Below are positions 27,791 to 41,133 of a stretch of DNA of 64,000 nucleotides, in pieces. The stretch's first letter is position 1; every line of letters starts with the position of its first letter. The translations under genes were made by a program, and so were the position numbers. The notes under the pieces were generated by a model. It had not been told where the DNA came from and made no database searches. It was given only the letters and a program-made list of their open reading frames with translations. The stretch is taken from assembly GCA_950097015.1 (NCBI GenBank), contig CATNEN010000001.1:3286001-3350000 (forward strand), in the 5' to 3' direction. This DNA comes from Macrostomum hystrix. Lineage: Eukaryota; Animalia; Platyhelminthes.

Positions 27791-28067
27791 AACTGCCCCA
27801 ATTAGGTCAGATGTACAGCCGACAGCACAGCCGCAGCAATTGCGCGACGCATCTGATGATGACGTACGGCTGTTCGGTCCATGGACTGGGGGGACGCCAC
27901 ACCCACCTTCAATTATCCCAGCTGATGCTGGTACCCATTTAACAGCTGGGTGAACTGAAGCAATGCAGAGTTAAGTGTCTTGCTAAAGGACGCAAATTGT
28001 TCCAGTGGAGTCGGGAATCGAACCCCCGACCTTCAAGTCGTGAGTCCGACGCCCTAACCACTAGGCT
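27791..28067 (-). mobile_element. tRNA-derived CORE-like SINE, family A (full length)
   Basis: Minus strand: AGCCTAGTGGTTAG (A box)...GGTTCGATTCCC (B box), then a CORE-like segment tcctttagcaagacacttaac...cagctgttaaatgggtacc; at least 7 other copies in the window. Confidence 0.85.
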
Positions 28068-28503
28068 TATGCAAAATAATTTGATTATTTATTTGATTAT
28101 GCAAAATAAATAAATAAATTTAATGATTAACGAACAGACCAGACCTCGACTTGACACTCACTTCATCGTCGTCACGGCTAATTAAAAAAAGGAAATGAAA
28201 TAACTTACGAATTAAAACTAGTAGCAATAAAAATTATATTGCGAGACAAAACAATAGCTGTAAATTGCAATCCCTTAAATTTACACGATCATAAATATTT
28301 GCATATTGCGTTCAATTTAAGAACCAAAGACAGTTAGAGACAGTTTGCTCATAACGATTAAAATGGTGGGATCTGCTCTAGCTGGTTCTGTACATTCGAA
28401 ATACACTCGTGGTGACATTAGGACGATAAATTGAATGTGCCGAATACTACTGGCTCAAAGCTTGACACATTATCCTAAAGTTTAGTCAGCAGTCTTTGTA
28501 GCG

Positions 28504-28731
<228 letters not shown>

Positions 28732-28904
28732 TTATATCTTTTATTTAATTGATCAAGAAAGCGAACAATTGCTTTATTGCATACGACACACGTTTTTTGA
28801 GAATGAAAGAATAAAAAAATTGACCGACTGAACACGGCTTGGCGAACGGTTAACAGTAGAACTACCAAGGGGAAATACCACCTGACAATTTTTTTTCTTG
28901 AAAC

Positions 28905-29848
28905 CAAACGGAACAATGCAAGCACACAAAACTCAATAACACGGGGCCAACTGTTTGTTGCGCATCTTCTGAAACAAGAATCAAGTCGCCAGCTCTTCAG
29001 ACCGTCGAGATATTCAACGTTTCTGGCCGAAGGTCTGATTTTCCCGTAAGCGCTAGTGTATCTCATACATGATAGATAGGGATACATCATACATAGTATA
29101 TCCCTATACATGAATTAGCACCCGTGTAAAAAATTCGGCTGCTTCTTCGGCGGGTTTTTTGTGCAAAAGAGGAGTGGAATCTACCAAAATCCCCCCTATC
29201 TCGCAAGAGTTAAAGAAACCACCCAGGAAGCAGCCGATGTAACCGTAAATTGTGCGGAAACCGCTGAAGAATCACCCGAACCAGAGGCCCATGGGACAAC
29301 CAGAGAATTATTTACGGGCGATTCCTCGGCGGTTTCTAAGCATGGAATCTTCCGAACTGGAGGATTCTTTGGGTGATTCCATTTCGCCACCAAGAAGCAC
29401 CGAGAAAATGCCCAGTTGGGTAGATTCTAAGCATGGAATCATCCGATTGGTATGTTTCCAGCGTTCGGCTGTTTCTTTTTCTGGAAACACCGCAGATTCC
29501 AACGTACTGGAATCACCCAAAGAAATATCCCTATTTTTAGCGGGACTGCGCCTCAGTGCGGCCTTGCCAGGCCTTCAAAATTGATCAGCATGTCACCCGA
29601 ATGTGCCTGCATCATCTCCGTCTTCGGTGGTCACCTAACTTTATCTAGACGGACTGCTGGACCTTCAAAGGCTACAACAGGTGGAACTAGGGCATTATGG
29701 ACACTCTGACACGAATTTCTCTGATGTCACTGATCAAGCCGAAATATTAGGCGCAGCTCAACCACAGGACATCATCGTGTAGTCTGTCAACCAATCAGTC
29801 ACCACCCAACGCTGTTAGCATTCGGGCGTTGCAAACATTTTTCTGGGT
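28905..29848 (+). mobile_element. Non-autonomous interspersed repeat (copy 1) carrying a nested insertion
   Basis: 28910-29120 and 29545-29830 match the reverse complement of 34860-35330. Confidence 0.75.
29122..29544. mobile_element. MITE with CC(C)G...CGGG ends and AC target duplication (CMC/EnSpm-like)
   Basis: Empty site gaattagc-AC-tgcgcct in copy 2 versus gaattagc-AC-[ccgtgtaaaaaa...tttttagcggg]-AC-tgcgcct here; internal subterminal repeats. Confidence 0.7.
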
Positions 29849-30469
29849 ACTGTTAATATAATAATAAGTGACACGTTTTTTATTAAAGAAACAGTCACAC
29901 AAACAAGGTTTTGTGAAGTGAAGCTTGTGCAAAATCTGCATCCTCGCTAAATTTAATGAAACAAACGGATACTTTACCGCAAATTTAAACGAAAAAAACA
30001 GAGCTTACTAAAAGACTTTCGGCAAAGAGGAGTTTTAACAGAATTTTACATGCATTATACTGTATTATTAGTAGTACAAAATACATTCAGGCGCACCAGC
30101 TTAAGCAGGGAAGTGTTTAAAAATTCTGGTTAAATCAGACTTTATACTAAATAAATTAGGCTTTTCTATTGCATTTTTTGATTTGAAGCCATATTGAAAT
30201 TCAAAGCAAAAATTAAAGCTGAGTAACCGAGTAAAAAGCAATCAGAAACTTAACACACAACTAGACTTAACTGACACTAGAAACTGACATTGAACGCAGA
30301 CGAAAACATAAAAAGGGTTATAGAGAAACATTAGAAAGACTCAGTGAGTATTTGGAACCTAGATTCATTATATAACTGACGATTTTTTAAAACCAATTCA
30401 CGATCGGTTCATTGCCGTTTGTTATCCAAGGAAGCATTTTATTTTACGGAATATAACTCAGATAAAGGA

Positions 30470-31790
30470 TCGGGATGGGGAATCTCATTGGGATGGGAAA
30501 TCCTATCTGAATGGGGAATCTCATTGGGATGGGAAATCCTATCTGAATGAGGAATCTCATTGGAATGGGAAATCCTATCTGAATGAGGAATCTCATTGGA
30601 ATGGGAAATCCTATCTGAATGAGGAATCTCATTGGAATGGGAAATCCTATCTGAATAGGGAATCTCATTGGAATGGGAAATCCTATCTGAATGAGGAATC
30701 TCATTGGAATGGGAAATCCTATCTGAATGAGGAATCTCATTGGAATGGGAAATCCTATCTGAATAGGGAATCTCATTGGAATGGGAAATCCTATCTGAAT
30801 GAGGAATCTCATTGGAATGGGAAATCCTATCTGAATGAGGAATCTCATTGGAATGGGAAATCCTATCTGAATGGGGAATCTCATTGGAATTGGTAAATCC
30901 TATCTGAATGGGGAATCTCATTGGAATTGGTAAATCCTATCTGAATGGGGAATCTCATTGGAATTGGTAAATCCTATCTGAATGGGGAATCTCATTGGGA
31001 TGGGAAATCCTATCTGAATGGGGAATCTCATTGGGATGGGAAATCCTATCTGAATGAGGAATCTCATTGGAATTGGTAAATCCTATCTGAATGGGGAATC
31101 TCATTGGAATTGGTAAATCCTATCTGAATGGGGAATCCCATTGAGAAGGGGAATCCCATTGAGATGCTGAATCCTTATTGAGATCTAGAATCCCATTGGG
31201 ATGGGGTATCTAATTTAGATGGGGAATCCTATTGGGATGGGTAATCTCATTGGGATGGGGTATCTAATTTAGATGGGGAATCCTATTGGGATGGGTAATC
31301 TCATTGGGACGGGGTATCTAATTTAGATGGGGAATCCTATTGGGATGGGTAATCTCATTGGGATGGGGTATCTCATTTAGATGGGGAATCTTATTGTGAT
31401 GAGGAATCAAATTGGGATGGGGAATTCCGTTCGTATGGGGAATTCCATTGAGATGGGGAATTCCATTGGGATGGGGAATTCTATTAGGAAGGAGAATCCC
31501 ATTCGGAAGGGGAATCCTATTGAAATGGTGAATCCGTATTGCGATGGAGAATCCCATTGGGATGGGGAATCTCATTGGGATGGGGAATTTCATTGGGATG
31601 GGGAATGCCATTGGGATTGGGAATTCCATTGGGATGGGGAATCCCATAGGGATGAGAAATCCCATTGGGATAGGGAATTCCATTAGGATGGGGAATCACA
31701 TTGCAATGGGGAATCACATTGGGATGGGGAATCTCATTGGGATGAGGAATACCATTGGGATGGGGAATCACATCGGGATGGGGAATCCTA
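30470..31790. repeat. 18-bp-based minisatellite: homogeneous 36-bp dimers (30470-31140) grading into diverged 18-bp monomers
   Basis: Unit GGGAATCTCATTGGGATG; the dimer translates to SNEIPHSDRISH. Confidence 0.93.
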
Positions 31791-32032
31791 AACATGAGTA
31801 CTTATTTGCAGCCTTTCAAGCAAAGCTAATTTAACTTGAATCTCAGTTACTTGCCTTGATTTGTAATATGAGTAATAAAAATGATAAAATATCAGCTGCT
31901 GTTTCTAAATTAACAAAAAAACAGCAGGGTCATGTATCGATATCGCTAATCTTATAGACAATTGCATTTTCCGCTTAATAAACTAATAGCCGGACGGTTA
32001 CGCGGTTAAAAGCAGTCAAAAAGTTACTAATT

Positions 32033-35000
32033 CTATTTCCGAGTCGGCAAAGTGGAAGTCGTCATTCGGCCTTGACTTCGACCTAAGCCGCCGCCGCTGC
32101 CGCCGCCACTAACGTCGCCTCGATGAAAACTGGCGTCCATGATTTGACGCTGCTGCTGCTGCTGTTGCTGATATTGCATCATTAGCTGCTGCGGATACGG
32201 TTGCTGATGCTGATGAGGCTGAGACAAGCTGACACCACGCGGAGCAGTTTTGCCGAGTCGATCGGATACTAAAATGTGTCAGGTAAGGAATAATAGTAAT
32301 TTACGTTTTGTAGAGACATAAAGTCATTATTAAGCGATCCATGAAGGACGGGACAATGAGTCTGAATTGGGCCAGGGGTGATATAATGAGGATCAAGATT
32401 TGGGGATCTGGGAGAATGAGGAGTCAGAATTGGGGATCTGGGAGAATGATCTGGGAGAAAAAGGAGTCGGAATTGGGGATCTGGGAGAAAAAGGAGCCGG
32501 AATTGAGGATCTGGGAGAACGAGGAGCCGGAATTGAGGATCTGGGAGAATGAGGAGCCGGAATTGGGGATCTGGGAGAATGAGGAGCCGGAATTGGGGAT
32601 CTGGGAGAATGAGGAGCCGGAATTGGGGATCTGGGAGAATGAGGAGCCGGAATTGGGGATCTGGGAGAATGAGGAGCCGGAATTGGGGATCTGGGAGAAT
32701 GAGGAGCCGGAATTGGGGATCTGGGAGAATGAGGAGCCGGAATTGGGGATCTGGGAGAATGAGGAGCCGGAATTTGGGATCTGGGATTATAATGAGCAAG
32801 AATTTATCGATTGGGAGAGAGAGTTATTGAGTTTAGAAACTAACTAGAAACTAATTCATCTCGAGTCTGGAAAACGAAAAAACAATCAGAATACGGGGCA
32901 ATAAAACTTTGTTTTAAAAGACGTGCTTGACACTTCAAAAATTGTCGAACAATTTGTTTGATCAAACAAAAAAATGATTGATTAAAATTAATCAAACAAT
33001 ACACTAAGTATAGTGAAAATTGAGCTCTTATAAAGAAGCAGGTGACCGAGGGATGAGGCAGGGAGTGAATGAGTGAGGCAGGGAGTGAATGAGTGAGGCA
33101 GGGAGTGAATGAGTGAGGCAGGGAGTGAATGAGTCATGCAGGGAGTGAATGAGTCATGCAGGGAGTGAATGAGTGAGGCAGGGAGTGAATGAGCGAGGCA
33201 GGGAGTGAATGAGTGAGGCAGGGAGTGAATGAGTCATGCAGGGAGTGAATGAGTCATGCAGGGAGTGAATAAGTGAGGCAGGGAGTGAATAAGTGAGGCA
33301 GGGAGTGAATAAGTGAGGCAGGGAGTGAATAAGTGAGGGAGGGAGTGAATGAGTCATGCAGGGAGTGAATAAGTGAGGCAGGGAGTGAATAAGTGAGGCA
33401 GGGAGTGAATAAGTGAGGGAGGGAGTGAATGAGTTATGCAGGGAGTGAATGAGTGAGGCAGGGAGTGAATAAGTGAGGCAGGGAGTGAATAAGTGAGGCA
33501 GGGAGTGAATAAGTGAGGGAGGGAGTGAATGAGTTATGCAGGGAGTGAATGAGTGAGGCAGGGAGTGAATGAGTCATGCAGGGAGTGAATGAGTCATGCA
33601 GGGAGTGAATGAGTCATGCAGGGAGTGAATGAGTCACGCAGGGAGTGAATGAGTGAGGCAGGGAGTGAATAAGTAAAGCAGGGGGTGAATGAAAGGAGAT
33701 AGGATTGGTCTGAGAAGAGCTGGTCAGCTGTACTACATGCTGCATATTGTAATATACACGCAGTCAGCATAAGCAATCGTAGTACACAGACACACGGTTT
33801 AAAAGAAACTACATTATTTCAGTAAGTAATTAAGTCGTCAATCGACGCACATTTTATTGCAACGATAATGCATCGTGCATTTGTATCGAGCAGAAATATA
33901 ATGCTTTACATGATGAATAGAAAATAGTTGTTTAAATGATCATAGATATATATTATTGTATTAAATTAGTTTCAGTAAACAACTTTGAAAATTTTGGTAG
34001 TACAAAAATGCTTAGTGTCACATTGCGCAACATAGTAAGTTTTTTGAATATGTAAGCGCCGAGAAATAAACTACTTTTTCTTTAGAATTTCTAGTACTAA
34101 AAAATCACTGTTAAAGTTACTACTCGAACAAAAGACATATTAGAAAACTGATTATCAACCGTTAAAACTATAAAAATAGGTATATTAAAAAATAGGACTT
34201 CATCATCTTCTGTTCTAATGCAACTTGTTATCGTCATCAGTCGGGACACTAAAATTGACGCTGGGAGGTTGCCGTATAGCCGCTGCCTGCGCCAGCCATG
34301 TACAGGCAGGGCGGCGGAATTGAGTCGGGTGCCAGAGCGCCTGGCATTGGTGCGGCACCGATGGCTAACAATCTATTACGCTTCTCAAAGTCAATTTGAG
34401 GTATTTGAGACTGAAACACAAGCTGCTGCTGCTGCTGCTGCTGCTGAGGCAGCGGTGGCAGCGGACGATGGCTATGGGTGTTGTTGTCTCTACTATTGGC
34501 GCCATTATCAGCATAAACAGCTGCTGCCACTGAGTGCTGCTGCTGCTGCTGTATGGGCAAATAGACTGTAAAAAATACGCATGCAAAAAAGCAAAGGTTA
34601 TTAGACGGAACTAACAATTTAAACTTTAGAGCAAACAACAACAACAACATGCCTTCTGGACTAATCATTCGGTGGTGAAGTGGTTAGAGATTCGGCATTC
34701 CAACCCCAGCAGGTCGGGAGTTCGAATCTCAGCAAAATAGTCTTTGAGCAAGGCACTCTAATTGACAAAAAAAGAACGCATTTTCTTCATTAATTCATTT
34801 AAACGTCAACAGTAGGACTATCAAGCATTTCTCGACCCCCTGAAAACTTTTTTGGCAGCATCTGAATGCTAACATGCTAACAGCGCTGGGTGGTGGCTGA
34901 TTGGTTGACAGACTAGGCGAGGGTGTCCTGTGGTTGAGCTGCGCCTAATATTTTGGCTTGATCAGTGAAATTGGAGAAATTCGCGTAAGGTGTCCATAGT

Positions 35001-37692
35001 GGCCTAGTTCCACCTGTTGTAGCCCTTGAAGGTCCAGCAGTCCGTCTAGATAAAGTTAGGTGACCACCGAAGACGGAGATGATGCAGGCACATTCGGGTG
35101 ACATGCTGATCAATTTTGAAGGCCTGGCAAGGCCGCACTGAGGCGCAGTGCTAATTCTTGTATAGGGATGTATGAGATATACTAGCGCTTACGGGAAAAA
35201 TCAGACCTTCGGCCAGAAACATTGAATATCTCGACGGTCTGAAGAGCTGGCGACTTGATTATTGTTTCCAAAGATGCGCAACAAACAGTTGGCCCGTGTT
35301 CTTGAGTTTTTTGTGCTTGCGTTGCTCCGTTCATGTGCAGTAAAAGCTGGGCAATACCCCCTTATATTATTTCTGTTAAGCTACTATTAGTAGAAAGGCG
35401 TGTATTACGAGCTAGTAATTTTGAACAAAAATTCACATCCTTAATTAAACTACTGTTAGTAGAATCGAACCGAACATTTCGCAGCAATTTCAGCATAGAA
35501 AATTGACACTACTATTAGTAGGGAAAACGCTTAATTACGGTATCTATTATATTTCGATTATAAAAACGGAAGAGGACTTGACTCACTGCCACCAACAGCC
35601 TGAGCGGATGATGGCCCGCCGACCCCGCCAGACGCGGTGGCAGCTGCGGCCGGAGCGGCACCACCAACTGGCTGGCCGAATTTCAACATATTCCAATCGA
35701 ACACGTAGTCATAGTTAAAGCCTTCGCGATGAAACAGATTTCTAAACAGCTGCCTAGCGTAGCTATAATCAGGTTTATCTTCGAATCGCAATGACCGGCA
35801 ATAGGTCAGATAGGTGGCAAATTCGGCAGGATAATTGGATGGACACAGAGTCTCCACAGGGGTGTGCATCTTCTTCTCGCTGATGCATTCGTACTTTTGA
35901 CGCTTGGTGGCAGCTTTCAGGCCTTGCCAAGGAAGGGCGCCGCGTAGAAAGTACATGAACACGTAGCCTAGAGACTCCATGTCGTCACGACGGGCTTGCT
36001 CTGTGTGATTGTGATGCGTTCGATTAATGAGGATTTAGGATAGTTTAATGAGGATTTGGGATAGATTAATGAGGATTTGGGATAGATTAATGAGGATTTG
36101 GGATAGATTAATGAGGATTTGGGATAGATTAATGAGGATTTGGGATAGATTAATGAGGATTTGGGATATATTAATGAGGATTTGGGATAGTTTAATGAGG
36201 ATTTAGGATAGTTTAATGAGGATTTAGGATAGTTTAATGAGGATTTAGGATAGTTTAATGAGGATTTAGGATAGTTTAATGAGGATTTAGGATAGTTTAA
36301 TGAGGATTTGGGATAGATTAATGAGGATTTAGGATAGTTTAATGAGGATTTGGGATATATTAATGAGGATTTGGGATAGTTTAATGAGGATTAAGGATAG
36401 TTTAATGAGGATTTGGGATAGTTTAATGAGGATTTGGGATAGATTAATGAGGATTTAGGATAGTTTAATGAGGATTTAGGATAGTTCAATGAGGATTTAG
36501 GATAGTTTAATGAGGATTTGGGATAGTTTAATGAGGATTTAGGATAGTTTAATGAGGATTTGGGATAGATTAATGAGGATTTAGGATAGTTTAATGAGGA
36601 TTTGGGATAGGTGAATGGGGAATTTGAATTGAGCACACGCGAGACGCACCGATGCCCAGGTGAGTGTTGACACTGGCATATCTAGCAGTGCCAGTGAGGT
36701 TCTTATTCTCCCTATAGGGAATGTGCTGATGAGTACGAGCGTCCCGATATTTCTTGGCCAAGCCGAAGTCGATGATGTACACCAGATTGCCTTTCTTGCC
36801 AAGGCCCATCAGAAAATTGTCGGGCTTCACGTCTCTGAGATTTGATAAGATTAGAATTTTATTTATTTAATAATTAATTAAACATTTACACCTGCCCCCA
36901 ATTGGGTCAGTTGTGCAGCCGACAGCACAGCCGCAGCTATTGCGCGGCGCATCTGAAGACGACGTAAGGCTGTTCAGTCCATGGACTGGGGGGACGCCAC
37001 ACCCACCCTCAATTACCCCAGCTAATGCTTAACAGCTGGGTGAACTGAAGCAGTCCATAGTTAAGTGTCTAGCTAAAGAACACAGATTGTTCCAGTGGAG
37101 TCGGGAATCGAACCCCCGACTCCAGTCCAATTCCAGACTTCTCCAGTCCACGGACTGAACAGCTGTACGCTGCCTTTAAAAGCTCCGTTCAATAGTTGTG
37201 ATTTCTCAAATACCCCAGAACGAGTACAAGAGTTCCCGAGCTCGAATCCACATTCATATTTGGGCCCCAGTCGCAGGTAGAGAACATAGTTCAGGTCACA
37301 CAGCTAGCTCACCTGTGAATAAAATTCTTGCTGTGAATAAACTCGATTCGATTCAACAATTGGTCAGCCAGCAGTAGAACAGTTTTTAGTTTAAATTTTC
37401 GTCCGCAAAAGTTGAACAAATCCTCTAAGCTAGGGCCTAACAGTTCCAGCACCATGACATTGTAGTCACCTTCTGTGCCACACCATTTTACAACTGGCAC
37501 ACCGACACCTCCTTGCATGAGCTTGTAGATTTTGCTTTCAATGTGCAGTTGCGGGTGCTTAGTACGAACGCACTCAAGTTTAATAGCCACCTCTTCGCCA
37601 TTGGTAATATCGGTGCCAAGATAGATATCGCCAAATGAGCCGCTGCCTATCTTTCTACCCAGCCTATACTTGCTGCCAACGCGTAGCTCCAT
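32033..37692 (-). CDS. CSNK1D/E: Casein kinase I delta/epsilon (doubletime-like)
   Basis: [26 protein letters not shown]...[10 protein letters not shown]...LTGTARYAS...[13 protein letters not shown]. Exons 37692-37313, 36834-36650 and 36000-35587, then terminal exon 34565-34249 and/or 32268-32033. All introns are GT-AG with consistent phases (2,1,1). Confidence 0.95.
32385..32785. repeat. 30-bp minisatellite (GAGGAGCCGGAATTGGGGATCTGGGAGAAT)
   Basis: Identical 30-nt blocks on successive lines. Confidence 0.95.
33053..33692. repeat. 20-bp minisatellite (GGGAGTGAATGAGTGAGGCA)
   Basis: About 32 units. Confidence 0.95.
34672..34762 (+). mobile_element. Diverged SINE head fragment (family A-like)
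   Basis: gtggttagag...gggagttcgaatc...ctttgagcaaggcactctaa. Confidence 0.45.
34836..35350 (-). mobile_element. Non-autonomous interspersed repeat (copy 2, empty site), in CK1 intron 3
   Basis: Inverted homologue of 28905-29848 lacking the 29122-29544 insertion; ends CCC.../...GGG. Confidence 0.75.
36024..36610. repeat. 21-bp minisatellite (AATGAGGATTTGGGATAGATT) filling CK1 intron 2
   Basis: Occupies about 590 of the 649 intron nt. Confidence 0.95.
36888..37122 (-). mobile_element. SINE family A copy in CK1 intron 1
   Basis: Colinear with 27791-28067; 5' end truncated; short inverted fragment at ~37141-37175. Confidence 0.82.
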
Positions 37693-40600
37693 GCGCTTTA
37701 AGTGCTACTCACAGTAGAAATAGTCGATTATTTGTGCTGGTCACAATTGTAGTATACTGATTTTGTATGTTCTGAAACACAAATACAATGATATTAAAAT
37801 CCATAGAACTTCTTTAAATATTGAATGTAAAAAAAAATAAATAAGATATCAAACAACTTGACGCTAACTCCTACTTGTATGGAAATCAATCAAATACCAA
37901 TGTACAATATTTTAATTTGCACTAAAAACTTAGAGGCAAAAAATACTGTCCTTTGACAATGATATATCTAAATTAATATATAGATCTAAACTAGCTATAC
38001 TAAAATGTCTCTTAATCTTTTTTATTAATTGGAAAGGTATTAATAATATAGGTCTTAGGTATGTGTACTTTCTTATACTATGATTTATAGGCCTTAATCT
38101 AGGCCTACATTGCTAAAAATGGACTCAGAATGTTGTAGGGCTATTTTATAATATTTAAGATTCCACTGAATGTCACCTAAGTTGTTGCAGGTGAAAATTA
38201 ACAATCCTACTACTGTTACCAAAGTTGTTCTAGTCTTCTTTCCTTATATACTTTATTCAAATACTGTCTTTATGTTATTCTTAAATGTATTTTTATTTTA
38301 TTTGCTTTATGCACTTTCCTATTTCAAATATGGTAGCGTTATACTTCCAATATGGCCGGTATCTATCTTTTATTCATCTTTATCAGTCTTTATCCGTCTT
38401 TATCAGTCTTGATTAGTCTTTATCAGTCTTTATCAGTCTTCAATTATTCTTCCATTCAGTCTCCAGTTCAGTCTTCAATTTCAATCTGCAGTCCGCTTTA
38501 TAGGGCTGTCCAGTGGATCTAGATTTACAGCTTATTCTTCACTCTGGTTAATTTTCTTTCGCAATGTCTCTTTCTAAATAACTTTAACACGAACACTTCA
38601 AAATTCAAGCTTTCTTTATTCCGAACTTTGTCAGGCACGAGGTTGTACAAGTTAGTTTTCCTCTATCTTTCGCTTGTGTATTTATAGTAAAACTTCTCCT
38701 TTCCTCACTTCAGTATAACTTCTATATTTCTGTGCATTCGGAGCATTATAACAAACATATTAATTCGCAGGAATTTCTAAGAAACTAAGAATAATCGGAG
38801 GGGTGGTTCTCACAGAGTTGCCACTTTTAGTGTCCAAAGTGCTTTTTTGCCAATTTTGATTGTTTTTTCATCTATTACTGCAGTATATTATATAAGCTAT
38901 GTACAGTAAAAAGTGGTTTAAAGCAGTTTTTAACACTTCATTGACAAATTCATCATTCTTCATTCAAATTCTTCATTCATCACTCATCGGATCTACGCTT
39001 TTGAGGGCTGTAGATCCTATGAGTAAAACTGCTATTAAATGCAAATATTAAGGAATCCATTGGGGCTAGAATAAAGTGCCATATGTCATTAGAGACATCT
39101 ATGTACCCTTTATAATATGATATAGCATTTGCGGTTTTACAGAATACACATCCTGAGAATTTTAGATTTCCCCGACGTAGATCCGATGAGTCAAACTGCT
39201 TACTCAAAAAAATCAGTTTTTTACATTTTAGTTTTTTGGTAGTTGAATAGAGATAGTATGTAGTGTGCCTATAGTTTTATGAAAGCACATAAATATATAT
39301 TTCGTTTGCAAGAGGATTTAGCACTGAATATGCTACCACTAATTTTTTACTGACGAATTTAGGTCAAGAGGTCTGACGTAGATCCGATGAGTTAAGTTTT
39401 GTGAGACACTTATAAAAGCCACAAAGTAAGTAGATATAGCTGGATTATATTAGAAATTATGTTTCCTAATGCTTATTTTAGTTATATATTGCCATATAAA
39501 AGAACAACGACGTCTTGAACACAAACGCTTTTGACAAGGGAAAGTCTTAATCTTTGACTAACATGTGTGAGACATGGTGCTTTTACAGACTTTCATGATT
39601 TCTAGTGATTTAAAAATATGTAAACAAATTGAATTTATAACAAAGCTTTAGTGCCCCACATAGGTAAACATCGATAGAACACAAATGGTTCAACAGGACA
39701 GCTTCAAATTACATTATAAAAAATATTTTTTGAAAAGACACGTTTTTTCAGTACTATGGCAAGAACTATCAAGAACTATAGTTTGTTTAAATTAACTTGG
39801 ATTTTAAAATGGCCTAGGTCTAAGCATATAAATTGTGCTAGAATTTACATATACAATTTGCCTTAGAGTCATTGTTTTAAGCTTGGCCATAGCAAATAAT
39901 TTTAATTAAACTATTTCATAATGTCAAAATGTCATAATTGCTAATTTGATCTGCTTATTAAAGCAGTGGTAAATGTTAAATACTCAAAAAGAAAAATAAT
40001 ATTTACTCTTTTTTACATTGAAAACCTGTTTACAACTCAAAAGTTCAAGTGCTAATTAATAGGTTTAGGACTACTGGACTAGAAAGAAATTGTAGCTAAA
40101 AATAATGAAATTATGTAATTATTTTATCATATAAATAATACAATTTTTTATAATAAAATAATCATACAAACATAATTAAAAACATAGAAACCAAATCAAA
40201 TTAGACTTTTTAAAGATAGGCCTAGAATAGAAATGTGTTTAGGGATATCTACTCAAGCTAAATGTATCCGCCCAACCCAACCATGAAATTAAAAGCTATA
40301 GTTACCTTATATGTGGCTATATGCCTATTTTCATTGCAAAAAAATATTTTTTAACTATTTTTAAAATAAATCTTTAGCCATAACTAGAGACAAGTGAATG
40401 CTAGACTAGGCTACTATACATTCACAATATTTTGTAGTTGGTAAGTTAGCTAGGCCTGTTAGTTTATTATATATATAGCCTCAGAGGGGGACAGAGGCTA
40501 GATCTATCTTAACCATGTCAAAGACATGTCCATGTCCATGGCGAGTTAGGGCTTTGCATAGTACTTATTTATTGATAGGCCCTATAACTAAACAATGTCG

Positions 40601-41004
40601 ATTGTAACTTGGTCTCGGTTAGTGTACTAATGGTTGCCTATTGGGACAAAATTGGTTATAAAGTACATATTAACCTGATATATTATAGGCTATCTCAAAT
40701 TTGGAAATCCGCAGTTTCTGAAAAGTATCGCTTTACAAATCTAAGGTTTGTAAAAAAGCATCGAGCTTAATTTTTTACACAAGTTGCTAAGAACGAACAA
40801 AGACGCAAGGGAAAAATATACGTGACAATAAACTTCATTGGCTGCCCAACCAGCTGTATTGTGAGTAATTCAATCGCTTCATAAAATAAAGTTTAAACGT
40901 TTAAAAAAATAAAATTTCTTATTTTAGTTATAACATCTTAATAAAAATATTATTGTTTCAGTTTTTTGTTTAGCGAAGTTTTATTTACTTTGTTTTACCT
41001 TTTT

Positions 41005-41018
41005 GTTTCTATAACAAC
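41005..41018. promoter_or_regulatory. RFX X-box GTTTCTATAACAAC upstream of CFAP52
   Basis: Exact match to GTHNYY-AT-RRNAAC, about 115 bp before the ATG of a motile-cilia gene; forkhead-like TATTTAC nearby at 40982. Confidence 0.7.
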
Positions 41019-41133
41019 AATGTATGGATAACTTTAGAAAAGAATACGCCAGTTGCTATTTTAACTTAAAAACTGATCTTCGGCGATCCTGCATTTATAA
41101 ATACGGGATATTTTGAATAATTGCACTGTGGAA

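Noticed and set aside
27990-28067. tRNA gene (Val-CAC-like)
   Set aside because: Anticodon and acceptor stems are imperfect and the sequence is always attached to the same body; it is a SINE head.
38982-39395. Motif ACTCATCGGATCTACG with two inverted copies (39174, 39375), one ending in TTAA
   Set aside because: Possibly a decayed piggyBac-like MITE, but boundaries and TSD cannot be defined.
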